From assembly GCA_023954655.1 (NCBI GenBank), contig JAGSHH010000001.1:1-63288 (forward strand): 63,288 nt of DNA, read 5' to 3'. The position numbers and the translations under genes are program-made. This DNA comes from Colwelliaceae bacterium. Lineage in GTDB: Bacteria; Pseudomonadota; Gammaproteobacteria; Enterobacterales; Alteromonadaceae. Shown piece by piece: positions 10,712 through 21,600 of this stretch. Each line of letters begins with the position of its first letter. Position 1 is the first letter of the stretch. Below the pieces are notes generated by a model. The model saw only the letters and a list, made by a program, of their open reading frames with translations. It was not told where the DNA came from and ran no database searches.

Positions 10712-10844
10712 TAAGTTCTTTTTATTATTAATACCAACAATGTGCTAGAAAACCAAAGTCTTTGCAAGCTTCTCTTTTAAAATTACAGTGCATTAAATGC
10801 CTTAAAAACTAGACAGTTTTATCAAATTTGATAAGCTTACTTAA

Positions 10845-10861
10845 AACTGGTCAAACCAGAG
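10845..10861. promoter_or_regulatory. FadR operator
   Basis: AACTGGTCAAACCAGAG versus FadR consensus AACTGGTCnGACCAGTT, abutting a crotonase gene start. Confidence 0.7.
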
Positions 10862-11677
10862 GTGCGCATGAATTATACAACCATCAATTTTAATATTAAA
10901 AAACAGATAGCTTATGTAGAATTATCTCGAGCTGAAAAGCACAACGCTGTCGATATGACGATGTTTCTTGAAATTATTCATGTCATTAAAACCATATCAA
11001 AAAATAAAATGATCAGAGCGGTCATAGTTTCTGGTAATGGTGAAGATTATTGCTCTGGCATAGACATAAAATCGGTATTTACTTCACCTAAAAGTGCTCT
11101 GAGATTATTATTTAAATGGCTACCATGGCAGTCTAATAAAGCACAACTTGTTTCTACTGGCTGGAGAAATCTCCCTGTTCCCGTGATCTTCGCAATGCAT
11201 GGCCGTTGTTGGGGAGCTGGAATGCAAATAGCTTTTGGTGGTGATTTTCGAATTGCTACACCTGACGCGTCAATTTCTATTATGGAAGCGCGATGGGGTT
11301 TGATTCCAGACATGGGTGGAACATTAGCATTACGAGAAGTTTTACCTTTAGATGTTGCTAAAGAATTAGCCATGACTGCAAAAGTTATAACAGGAAAAGA
11401 AGCGTTATCTATGGGTTTACTAACCAAAGTTTCAGAAAACCCACTAGAAACAGCGATTGAATTGGCTGAAGAAATATCAGTTTATTCTCCAGATTCTGTT
11501 GCTGCATGTAAGAAACTTTATAATAAAAGTTGGTGGAGCTCTGCTGGAATGGCTTTAGCACGAGAGTCAATTTATCAAATCAAAGTATTTTTAAGTAAAA
11601 ACTATAAAATTAAATCATACAATGAATTACATGATAAATCGGAACACAAAGAATTTAAACCTAGGAAAAACTGGTAA
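10862..11677 (+). CDS. Enoyl-CoA hydratase/crotonase family protein (ATG at 10868 is an alternative start)
   Basis: YCSGID, PVPVIFAMHGRCWGAG, DFRIA, EARWGLIPDMGG. Confidence 0.9.
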   Translation: MRMNYTTINFNIKKQIAYVELSRAEKHNAVDMTMFLEIIHVIKTISKNKMIRAVIVSGNGEDYCSGIDIKSVFTSPKSALRLLFKWLPWQSNKAQLVSTGWRNLPVPVIFAMHGRCWGAGMQIAFGGDFRIATPDASISIMEARWGLIPDMGGTLALREVLPLDVAKELAMTAKVITGKEALSMGLLTKVSENPLETAIELAEEISVYSPDSVAACKKLYNKSWWSSAGMALARESIYQIKVFLSKNYKIKSYNELHDKSEHKEFKPRKNW

Positions 11678-11754
11678 CTTAAAAATCAAATACAAACAAT
11701 AAATTAGCCAATACCTTATCATCAAATAGTTAAATATAAGACATTGGCTTTATA

Positions 11755-12015
11755 TTATTTTAATAACTCGTGATCTTCTGGAAGTTGTTTTGAAATCCAA
11801 ATAGCGAGTTTATGCCTCATACTTTGAGCATCTTCACCATCTTCAGGCAAGGGGTGGATTAGTTTGTCATTTACCAATAAACGATAAATACTTTCGACTT
11901 TATCCTTTGCTGCATTAGTAGCAGAAAACCCCTTGTAACCACGATTCATCGCATACTTTTCACCTACTTGAATAGCTTTTTTTAATAAAGCTGCTTCATT
12001 CTTTAACTTTTTCAT
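11755..12015 (-). CDS. DUF5062 family protein
   Basis: MKKLKNEAALLKKAI..YAMNRGY..YRLLVNDKLI..HKLAIW. Confidence 0.78.
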   Translation of the reverse strand: MKKLKNEAALLKKAIQVGEKYAMNRGYKGFSATNAAKDKVESIYRLLVNDKLIHPLPEDGEDAQSMRHKLAIWISKQLPEDHELLK

Positions 12016-12055
12016 ATTTTCCCTAGCTAAGACTTCTTATATTAAAACTCATTGA

Positions 12056-12078
12056 GCCATTAACATTTTGTTAATGGC
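12056..12078. other. Intergenic hairpin (terminator or stabiliser)
   Basis: GCCATTAACA-ttt-TGTTAATGGC perfect 10-bp stem between the VOC and DUF5062 genes. Confidence 0.5.
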
Positions 12079-12114
12079 ATCACCGATGAAAGGTAGATGA
12101 TGCACTATAAAATA

Positions 12115-12501
12115 CTATTCACTTGGCATTGCAAAATGAAATGCATTTAGCTTATTGCCATCAAGATCTCGAAAATAGCCCGCATAAAATCCAGAAAACT
12201 CTCCTCGTGGCCCAGGTTTACCTTCACATGTAGCACCTAATTCGATTGCTTTTTGATAAAAAGCATCGACTTTTTCAGGAGAATCCATCTCTAAAGCAAC
12301 CATATTACCATTTCCAACTGTCGCTTTTTCACCATCAAAAGGCTTGGTTACCGAAATACCAGGTGCCCCTGGTCCAGTAGCCCAAGCTACAAATTGTTCT
12401 GTTTCCATAAAACGACCAGCGCCAATTGTTGCTAGCAATTGGTCATAAAAATTGACCGCTTTATCAATATCATTTGTACCTAACGTTACATAACCTATCA
12501 T
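12115..12501 (-). CDS. VOC/glyoxalase family protein
   Basis: MIGYVTLGTND, GNGNMVAL, CEGKPGPR, YFRDLDGNKL. Confidence 0.9.
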   Translation of the reverse strand: MIGYVTLGTNDIDKAVNFYDQLLATIGAGRFMETEQFVAWATGPGAPGISVTKPFDGEKATVGNGNMVALEMDSPEKVDAFYQKAIELGATCEGKPGPRGEFSGFYAGYFRDLDGNKLNAFHFAMPSE

Positions 12502-12528
12502 TGTTAATCCCTCATTTGATTTTGTTTC

Positions 12529-13071
12529 TTAGAAAGACGCTATCATGTCTTTATTAAATTGTTCAATATCAATAGTTATATTTTTACTTAACTTTAAGTC
12601 TTCAAGTTTTTGTTGTTCTTTATTAAGTGCTGATATCGTTAACGTATTATCATCAAGTAAATAGACTTGTTTTAAAGTAATATAATAATAATTTAGTACA
12701 ATCATCGCATTAATATCATTATCTTCGAATGCTAACATTTTAATTTTTTTTAATTTTCTATAAATAAGATTATGAATTTGTTTTAATTGCCACACATAAT
12801 AAATTTCTTCAAAAAGTGCTGTATTTTTTACACGATGTAAAATTAAAGCACAGCTAAACAATGACAATAAAACCCCCATAAAATTGTATTTGAAGTTACT
12901 AACTTGCTCTTCACCAGCAGAAATCGCAACCTCAATAATAGGCTCAGAAAACATAGCGATAAGAATACTACCAAAAACAAGTGACAAAACAGCCAATGTA
13001 GTGATAAAACCAATAATGACTCGATTGAGTCTCTGTCTGTACAAACTTTTATCTATATCTTTAATTTTCAT
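12529..13071 (-). CDS. DUF3087 family membrane protein
   Basis: Two TM segments, NFKYNFMGV, EIYYVWQLKQ, QVYLLDDNTLT. Confidence 0.75.
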   Translation of the reverse strand: MKIKDIDKSLYRQRLNRVIIGFITTLAVLSLVFGSILIAMFSEPIIEVAISAGEEQVSNFKYNFMGVLLSLFSCALILHRVKNTALFEEIYYVWQLKQIHNLIYRKLKKIKMLAFEDNDINAMIVLNYYYITLKQVYLLDDNTLTISALNKEQQKLEDLKLSKNITIDIEQFNKDMIASF

Positions 13072-13100
13072 TTATTCACTGTTTATATTTAATCAATTGA

Positions 13101-15029
13101 TTATGTTAATTCAATACCTGAATGACGCAACACTTTACTTTCGACTCCTTGTGACCAAACAGATTTTTTACTTTGTATAGTTAACTGTTTTTTCGCTCGG
13201 GTAATACCTGTATATAGTAACTCACGTGTCAATAACTGGTTATCTGTATTTGTTGGTAATATCATTGCAACATGTTCAAATTCACTACCTTGTGTTTTAT
13301 GAATTGTCATCGCATAAACCGTTTCAAATTGTGGTAAACGACTCGGTAAAATACTTTTAAATGATCCGTCTTGTTGTTCAAACATTGCCATTAAATGACC
13401 TGATTCATTTTGCCAAATTAATCCAATATCGCCGTTGTATAATCCAAGGGCATAATCATTTTCATTGATCATAATCGGTTTCGCATGATAAAGCGCATTA
13501 TTAATTCCCTTATTCGGCATAATCAACGACTCGATCTCTTGATTTATTGTTTCAACACCAACCTCACCTTTTCGTGTTGCGGATAAGAATCGAAACTTCA
13601 GCAATAAATCAAAGGCTTCTTCAACTGTTTTTGCATGCCTTAAAGGGGAGTAATATTGTTTCACTAGAGATTTAAACCATGCGCTTAAGCCTAAGTTTTC
13701 TTCAACAAACATCAGTTGCGGAATAATATTTTCTTTAGCTTGTTGTAAAAGTGTCCAGCTATTTTCACTATCACCATTTATAACTGATTGAGATAGTATC
13801 CCTATCCCCCCTTTACCATCGAATCGACGGCTTTGTGTTAAGTAAGTAAGATGATCGATAGATACTTTTTTGTTAGAAGGTAAACCAGAAATTTTAGTGA
13901 CTGTTGCTAAATACTTTTGATTGTCACTACTATATTGAGCTTTTTCTAAAGGAGTAAAGTCCGATAAAATACTACCTGCAGCAACAGATGGTAATTGCTG
14001 TGAATCACCCAATAAAATAACCTGACAACTTAAAGGAAGCGCTTTTAATATTCTGGCCATTAAAGGTAAATCAACCATTGACGCTTCATCAATTAATAAG
14101 ATATCACTTTTTAATAAGTTATCTTGATTATGTCTAAATTTAGGGGTATTTGGGATCACACCCAATAACCGATGAATCGTTTGCGTATCAGTTGGTATTT
14201 TTTTGAGAATATCATCCGATAGTAACGATTTAAAACCAGCTTTTGCTTGGCTTATAGATTCACTTAATCGTTGTGCTGCTTTTCCCGTTGGAGCGACTAA
14301 GGAAAAATGTAGCGTTTTATCGCTGTTTAACATAATAATAGCTGCTAACAGCTTGGTCACCGTATACGTTTTTCCTGTCCCTGGGCCACCAGCAATTATA
14401 GAAAAAGACTTATTCAATGCATTAGCAACAGCAACTTTTTGCCAATCAACTTCTTGTGAATTAGTATTACTACTATTTGGAAAAAGCCGAGTTAAACAAT
14501 CAGTAATTTTTTCGATAGAATGAGTTTTTACTGAATCGCTACCATCGTCTCGAAAAATTTTATTTTGATGGTGTTGAATAAACGCTTGCACTTGTTGTTC
14601 AAATTGATAATAACGACGTAAATACAAATTACCATTTTCAAAAACAATCGCTTGTTGATTTTCTTTTTCTAATTCTACCTCACGAAGTAAAACATTAAGT
14701 TCTTCAACACTAGAAAAGTGAAAACCTTGATGACTAACAATGCCAGAAGGATCAGATGAAAATCCAAAACGTTGTCCCGCAATTATTTTAATAGGTAAAC
14801 AGCTATGTCCTTCTCTAAGACTCACGCTTAAAGCGACTAAAAGATGAAATAAGCAATCACTTTGATAATGGGTGAACGACTTTCCTAACTTAGGTTTTAA
14901 TAAAAATATTTCAGAAAATTGTTTAGCAAAAAAGTAATCGATTGCTTCAATATTAACTAATTGCTTTTGAGCGTCAACAAAACGCTGATAAGGTAAATGA
15001 AGGTTTTGCATTGATTCTGTATTGATCAT
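13101..15029 (-). CDS. recD: Exodeoxyribonuclease V alpha subunit
   Basis: GGPGTGKT, APTGKAA, TIHRLLG, DEASMVD, AMTIHKTQGSEF, YTGITRAK; ATGA overlap with recB. Confidence 0.96.
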   Translation of the reverse strand: MINTESMQNLHLPYQRFVDAQKQLVNIEAIDYFFAKQFSEIFLLKPKLGKSFTHYQSDCLFHLLVALSVSLREGHSCLPIKIIAGQRFGFSSDPSGIVSHQGFHFSSVEELNVLLREVELEKENQQAIVFENGNLYLRRYYQFEQQVQAFIQHHQNKIFRDDGSDSVKTHSIEKITDCLTRLFPNSSNTNSQEVDWQKVAVANALNKSFSIIAGGPGTGKTYTVTKLLAAIIMLNSDKTLHFSLVAPTGKAAQRLSESISQAKAGFKSLLSDDILKKIPTDTQTIHRLLGVIPNTPKFRHNQDNLLKSDILLIDEASMVDLPLMARILKALPLSCQVILLGDSQQLPSVAAGSILSDFTPLEKAQYSSDNQKYLATVTKISGLPSNKKVSIDHLTYLTQSRRFDGKGGIGILSQSVINGDSENSWTLLQQAKENIIPQLMFVEENLGLSAWFKSLVKQYYSPLRHAKTVEEAFDLLLKFRFLSATRKGEVGVETINQEIESLIMPNKGINNALYHAKPIMINENDYALGLYNGDIGLIWQNESGHLMAMFEQQDGSFKSILPSRLPQFETVYAMTIHKTQGSEFEHVAMILPTNTDNQLLTRELLYTGITRAKKQLTIQSKKSVWSQGVESKVLRHSGIELT

Positions 15030-18000
15030 TCGATATCTGCCATATATTCATCAGATAGATTCTCTGAATTTGAATGGCTACCCGAAAAAATATTATCCAA
15101 TGTTTGTAATTCATCAGCAGTAATTTTTCTAAAGTAAACGCCTGTACTTTTTTCTTCTAAATCATCTGTCATACCGCGTAAATATAGGTAATATACGCCA
15201 CCAAAATCACGTTCAATTTGATAATCGGCTAAATTGAGCTTGAGATAACGATGTAAGGCAAGCGCATAAATAAGGTACTGTAAGTCGTAATGATGTTTAA
15301 TGATATCTTGCTGTAATAATTCACTTCGATAGTCGCTATAGTTATCCCCTAAATAATTCGATTTATAATCACAAATATAATATTTTCCCTGTTGTTCAAA
15401 AATCAAATCGATAAAGCCATGCATCATGCCTTTTAGGGTCGTAAATTGAGGCAAACTAATAAAACTATTTTGAGATATCTTGTAAGGAGATTGTTGACGA
15501 TGAATCATTAACATATTAGCGAGCTGCTTAGTTGATGTTTCTTCTAAAGGAAAATAAAATTCAGCCTCTTTAATACATTGTTCTGATTTAACTGAAGACA
15601 AACTAAATCTAGTTTTGTCAGTTGAGTTAATAGTATTTAATGGTGCATCAAGTGTTTGTTGTAGCCACTCAATAAGATTATCATTCGTATAATTAGTAGG
15701 TAAATCACCATATTTTGTCAAAGGCCATTTTACACTTTTATGCCAATCTGGGTGTGCAAAATTAAGGTTTTCGAAAATATCATGTAATAAATTTCCAGTT
15801 TGAGCGCCTTTGGTTAAAGCAAAGCGTAGTAAGTGGCTATACTTAGAGGATGTTGTTCTGTTATTTTCTTTCGCATTTTCAGTGTCTCTATCAGGTAAAG
15901 AGACGCCATTATCACGAATATTACGACTTAGCGCAGTAAACGAACTTAACCACCAATCTCGTTCAATCTTGCCGGTAAATGAACTAACAATACCTTTATT
16001 GTCATTGACTTCTCCTCCTTGATAAGTATCACTTTCAATACTGTCACTAATCACGGTCAACCCAATACTGCTGGAAGTATCCAACGCTAATGTTTGTAAA
16101 TATTGAGGAATATCCGTATCTTTTTGCCATTTACAACATAAACCCAATGGAGAGAAATGACTTGATTCAAAAGCCGTAGATAATAAATAACAGCGATCTT
16201 TTGCCCTAGTTATCGCAACATATAACAATCGAACACTCTCAGCATAGGCTTCATTAGCCATGTTCTTTTTAGCTTCTTCACAGCCAGACAAGCTTACTTG
16301 TAATTTCCCATTTTCATCATGATATTCAATTAATTGAACATTTTTATTACCAAACTTAAGGGGGTGTTTATGTCTTGTTGCAAAAGGTACAAAGACAATT
16401 GGATATTCAAGACCTTTGGAACCATGTTGAGTAATAATTCTTATTAAATTTTCTTCACTTTCTAAACGTAACTCATTTTCACCATCAGGAAACTCAGTTA
16501 AGCTTTGTTGTTCAAACCAATACAGAAGTTCTTGTGGTTGTTTATGTCTTTGACTAGCCCCTTGAATTAATTCAAAAAGGTGTAAAAGGTTTGTAATAAC
16601 TCTTTCACTATCATCACCAGAAATCACCATATGATCATGCATTAGTTTTAATGCCATGGTAATAAATCCTTTTTTTAACCATTCATCTCGTAATTGGTTA
16701 AAAGTAACTTTCATTGACTGCCATGCAGAATCATCTTGCTGTAATTGATAAAAAGCTTTTGGTGAGTAAGGTAAAAGAGAACAAGTTAATGCCGATGAAA
16801 AATAACGTTCATTCTCTAAGAACAAAATACCTTTTAATAAAAGAAGTAATTGTTCAGTTTGTTCACTGTGTATGAGATTAGACCGATTACTTAAATAAAC
16901 AGAAGGTAATCCAGCATTAAACAATGCTTGTTTAATGTCTTTAGCTTCTGTGCCATCTCTAACAAGTAACGCAATATCTTTAGCTTCTATATTTTTTGAG
17001 GAATCAGCTAATAATTTTATAATTTCATTAGCACACCATGTTGCCATTTCAGCTCTAAAACTTTGTTTAACAGCACCTTTTTGTTCAGAAGGTTCAAAGT
17101 GCACCAATTTAAGAGCAGAGTCTGTTCCATCTGTTGAGGCAATTTTATTCAATGCAATAGGTGAAGGTTTTACTGGATGGTAAGGTATTTGATAACCAAA
17201 AATGTCTTGTCCATTACCTTTTAACTCTGTGCCATAAAACAGACGATTATAACCATGAATCATTTGGCAACTTGATCGCCAATTAGTGTCCATTAACCAT
17301 TGATAGTGACAATCTTTCCTTGCTGACATATAAGCAAATACATCTCCTCCCCTAAAACCATAAATCGCCTGTTTAGGATCTCCTATCATCATTAAGCCAT
17401 ATTGGTTATTACTATGCTGGCGATGATAATAAATAGCCTTCAAAATTGAGAACTGTTCAGGATCGGTATCTTGAAACTCATCAATTAGTGCGAATGGATA
17501 TTGATTGAATAAGGTATCCGCCAAAGCCGTTTTATTTTTATAATCATTTTCATTGGTTAAAGATGTAGATAACGTGGAAATTAAATCATCAAACGACAAT
17601 ACATTAAGTTGTTTTTTTTGTTCGTTAATCGAGTCTCTTATACGATAAATACCTTGCCTAACAATCATTAACGCTTCAACTCTGGCAATGTCTATCAATA
17701 AAGATTTAGCTTGTTGTTTAACTTGATTAATTGATGAAAATATCGAGATTAATTCCGGTTTTGCTTTAGAACGAGCAAAACGTCGACCGTCAATAAAACC
17801 ATCAGGTATTTTAATCGCAAGATTTTGATGATCTTCAATGACAATGTTTAACCATGAGAGTAATTGCTGATATTCTGCACTTCGTTTCTCTTGTTCTGCT
17901 GGTTTTTTCCCAGCGATTAACTGTTCGAATAAATAAGCCTCATTATCCGTTAGGCTTTCTAATGCTTGCTCAGCTAATGTTTTAAAATGTTCAATTAATT

Positions 18001-18628
18001 CAGCAGGTTTGACGAGTTCTAATTCACCATTTTTATATATCGCTTTTGAAAAATGACTCATCAAACTTTCAGGCACAGGCCAAAATGAAATAACTCTCAT
18101 AAACGCTTGTTCATCTTCACTCGCTAACTGGCGATACCAATCTTGTGTGGCCTGTAAAATAAGGCTTTGTTGATTAGTCTCCATATTAGCGCTAAAAGAA
18201 ATATTGCTCGCTAAAGCATGTTCAGTTAATACGCTTTTACAAAAGCCATGAATAGTAAAGATTGCTGCTTCATCTAAAAACAATAATGCTCTTTTAAGAA
18301 GATGTTGTGCTTCTTCGGTTTCTACACACTTACTTAAACTAATAAAGTATTCGTCGGAGTGACAAAGTGTTTGCCAATTGTTTAATGCAAATCTTATAAA
18401 CTCATCAATACGCCCACGAATCTCTTCTGTAGCATCTTTCGTAAATGTCATCACAAGTATCTGCTGAACAGTCAGTTTTTTTTCTAATAACAAGCGCAAA
18501 TATATTCGAGTAATGTTATAAGTTTTCCCTGTTCCTGCACTTGCTTCAATTAAATGAAGGCCTGATAAAGGCATTTCATGAGCAATAAGGTTTTTAGCCA
18601 CAGGTAATGAACTCATAGAGTTATTCAT
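15026..18628 (-). CDS. recB: Exodeoxyribonuclease V beta subunit (start moved to ATG 18628)
   Basis: EASAGTGKT, DEFQDTD, GDPKQAIY, SKGLEYP, nuclease GFIDL..DYKSN; ATG 18628 overlaps the recC TGA. Confidence 0.96.
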   Translation of the reverse strand: MNNSMSSLPVAKNLIAHEMPLSGLHLIEASAGTGKTYNITRIYLRLLLEKKLTVQQILVMTFTKDATEEIRGRIDEFIRFALNNWQTLCHSDEYFISLSKCVETEEAQHLLKRALLFLDEAAIFTIHGFCKSVLTEHALASNISFSANMETNQQSLILQATQDWYRQLASEDEQAFMRVISFWPVPESLMSHFSKAIYKNGELELVKPAELIEHFKTLAEQALESLTDNEAYLFEQLIAGKKPAEQEKRSAEYQQLLSWLNIVIEDHQNLAIKIPDGFIDGRRFARSKAKPELISIFSSINQVKQQAKSLLIDIARVEALMIVRQGIYRIRDSINEQKKQLNVLSFDDLISTLSTSLTNENDYKNKTALADTLFNQYPFALIDEFQDTDPEQFSILKAIYYHRQHSNNQYGLMMIGDPKQAIYGFRGGDVFAYMSARKDCHYQWLMDTNWRSSCQMIHGYNRLFYGTELKGNGQDIFGYQIPYHPVKPSPIALNKIASTDGTDSALKLVHFEPSEQKGAVKQSFRAEMATWCANEIIKLLADSSKNIEAKDIALLVRDGTEAKDIKQALFNAGLPSVYLSNRSNLIHSEQTEQLLLLLKGILFLENERYFSSALTCSLLPYSPKAFYQLQQDDSAWQSMKVTFNQLRDEWLKKGFITMALKLMHDHMVISGDDSERVITNLLHLFELIQGASQRHKQPQELLYWFEQQSLTEFPDGENELRLESEENLIRIITQHGSKGLEYPIVFVPFATRHKHPLKFGNKNVQLIEYHDENGKLQVSLSGCEEAKKNMANEAYAESVRLLYVAITRAKDRCYLLSTAFESSHFSPLGLCCKWQKDTDIPQYLQTLALDTSSSIGLTVISDSIESDTYQGGEVNDNKGIVSSFTGKIERDWWLSSFTALSRNIRDNGVSLPDRDTENAKENNRTTSSKYSHLLRFALTKGAQTGNLLHDIFENLNFAHPDWHKSVKWPLTKYGDLPTNYTNDNLIEWLQQTLDAPLNTINSTDKTRFSLSSVKSEQCIKEAEFYFPLEETSTKQLANMLMIHRQQSPYKISQNSFISLPQFTTLKGMMHGFIDLIFEQQGKYYICDYKSNYLGDNYSDYRSELLQQDIIKHHYDLQYLIYALALHRYLKLNLADYQIERDFGGVYYLYLRGMTDDLEEKSTGVYFRKITADELQTLDNIFSGSHSNSENLSDEYMADIE

Positions 18629-21600
18629 GATTTCACCTGATGACATTCATTAATAATCGATGAATAAACGTGTTCAATTGTAGACTGTATACTTTCAAAA
18701 TCAGGGCAATTTGGCCAAAAGAATTTTAGATAAGGATCGTTGCCAAAAGCTGTACGATTATTGTCATCATGCCAGTAATTTTCAAAATTGACTTGTTCGA
18801 AAACCTTCGCTTTAAAATAAACTTGTGCTAAATCACCATTTAGCAATAAAGCTTGTTCTTGACCTAATAGATATACCTTTATTAATTCGATAAGTTTTTG
18901 CTGCGCGTCATCAATTTTTTGATATGCGTATTGGACTGTTTTTTGACTTTTACTATCAAAGTAATAACCTTGACTCGATTCTAATTGAGACAACTTTTCA
19001 TGTAAGCTATTGTTTAATAATGTAGGTTCATGATTTTTCTCTAACCATACCTGTACGATAAGTAAATTAATATAAAGACCAATAAAGTCTTTCATTTTTG
19101 GTAAACTACTACGGTATGAAATGATATGTTTTGTAGCAAACTGCAAACTTGAAGTAACCTCAATATCATAACGTTTAGTTATACCTTTTATATCAACTTC
19201 AAGTTCTAGAGAAGTTAAAACATCTACTTGTTCGATACTATTTAAAATATTTTGCTCAATAAATTCAGCTAAACCGATGGAGTCATCAATTAATTTATCA
19301 ATATGTTCATTTTGGTTTGGTAACTGAGGGAATTTTCCAGACAAAACAGCTTGTTGCTTTAGAGCATTCACAAGATTCTTTCTTGTTTGCTCACTATTCT
19401 CTGCCTCCACATTTTCATTTAATAATAGGTTTAATGCTTTTTCTTTGAATATATATCTAGACAAGTGATCACTTTCAAACGGTTCAACATCATCAAGTTG
19501 ATCAGTCACATTATCTAAATATAATGCAAGTTTTTTTTGTGCAAAATAGCGGGATGGATGAACAAAGAATTTCACTAAATCGTTACTTTGCAATGACAAA
19601 TTATAATAGTCAGTTTCTTGATTATTTTGTTGATAAGCGTCTTGATTAACTGAAGCCTCTTCATATTCTGCTAAATTTAAATATTCACTGCCACCAAGGG
19701 ATTGGAGTTGATAAGCAGGCGATAAAGCTAACCATTTATTATCAAACCCTGCATATTTTCCTAAATAATTTTTATCACTATAAGGCTGCATAGCCAGTTG
19801 GCGGATATCATGAGTATCATCACCTAATAACTTCCATTGATATGCTTGTGATAAATAATCCATTAGCTCTTTAAGCACGATTGAAGGCTGCCTTTCATTA
19901 TTGTTTTTAATACTTCGTCCTTGGTAACTCAAATATAAAGACTTTCTTGTTGAAATAATGGCCTCTAAAAATAAATAACGATCATCTCCTCTACGTGAAC
20001 GATCACCAATTCTGCTTTGAGAAAGAGACATTAGGTCAAAACCTAGTGGTGCCCTTTGTCTTGGGAATTCACCATCATTCAATCCTAAAACAGCAACAAT
20101 TTTAAAAGGAATACTTCGCATGGGTAGCATAGAACAAAACGTCACCTGACCTACCATAAACTGACGACCAGGTTCAGGTTGGCTAAAATGATTATTAAGA
20201 TATTCACGTAATATAGTGAGGTCAATTTTTTGTTCAAAGCTTGCATGCTGGCAATACTCAACAAATGACTCTATTGCAGCAAAAACATTTTTAAAGTTTT
20301 CATCACTGCCAACATCAAATATATCATTAATTAATGTTTGTAAAAATTGGTACCAACTCTGTGGTGTTCTAGCAGTATTCAATTGTTGTGAATAATATTG
20401 TAACTGTTCAACAACAAGCATTAATTTACCCAATAATATTGCTTCACTCCCTTCAATATTGGGTAAAAGAAATTTATCTTCATAAACAACTTCTTGATCA
20501 GAAAAAGCAAAACCTTGCAATAACCTAGATAAGCCATATTGCCAAGTAAACTGTTCACTCTCATCTTCAGTTTTTAATACCTGTTTTTTATGTGAAGAAT
20601 TTAAGCCCCAGTGAATACAAGCTTGTTCAATCCAGACTGTAAACTTTTCAATGTCTTCAATTTGTAAATCAAATTTCTTTTGCATCGAAGGTAGCCTCAA
20701 CCATGCTAAAATTTGACTTACTTGAAAACGAGAATCAGGCAATGTTAGCAGTTCTGAGAAGGCCGCTACTAACGGTTCTGAATCTTTAGATATTCGATCG
20801 GCGATAGAACAAGGTAATGGAGGGATATCATTACCTAAGTCTTGCCAGCCTCTCGCAAAAACCGCATTTACATAAGGCGCATATTGCTCAACTTGAGGAC
20901 ACATCACTAAAACATCTTTAGGTGTTAGTTCATTATCATCATTAAATTGATGTAATAGCCAATCATGCAAACCTTGAACTTCGCGCAATGCGCTATGTGC
21001 ACTAGTGATAACTATAGAATCGTCATTTACAGTTGATGAATCTGTTCGGGCATCCGTTAACGTTAAAATATCATCTTGTAATTTTGAAAGAATCGTTGGC
21101 TGGCTATTGTTTTCGTAATTGATAGCTGACTCAAAAGCTTCAATATTCACCATCGAATATTGCTGTAATAACACTAAAAACTCTCGCCCTTGTTGTCCTA
21201 AATTAGCTAATAAAGGGTTACCCACAGAGTCATTCATCAACTGATGCTTTTGTGTCCATTTATCACTATTTTTAATTGCCTGCTTTTCAGAAAGTATATC
21301 GCCCCAATAATCAACACAAGGGTTTAAATGAAAAAAATGAACTTCAGTAAACTCACTTAAAGCATTAATGAAAGATAGCCACATAGGTGCCATCGCATTG
21401 ATACCAAAAAAACAAAGTCTTTTAGGAATAACATGACGATAACTTTCTAAATTATGCTTTGCCAAATCCAGTAATTTGATCGGGTTATAATCTTGATGTT
21501 CAACTAACAAATACCAAAGTTTTGCTTGCCATTCTTCCATAGAATTAAAATTAGGCTGCAAGTTTTTACTTTCTAATTCATTGAGGCTATTTTGAATATA

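Noticed and set aside
9928-17183. Short ORFs antisense to iaaA, the crotonase, the DUF3087 gene, recD and recB
   Set aside because: Overlap confident genes on the opposite strand; no motifs
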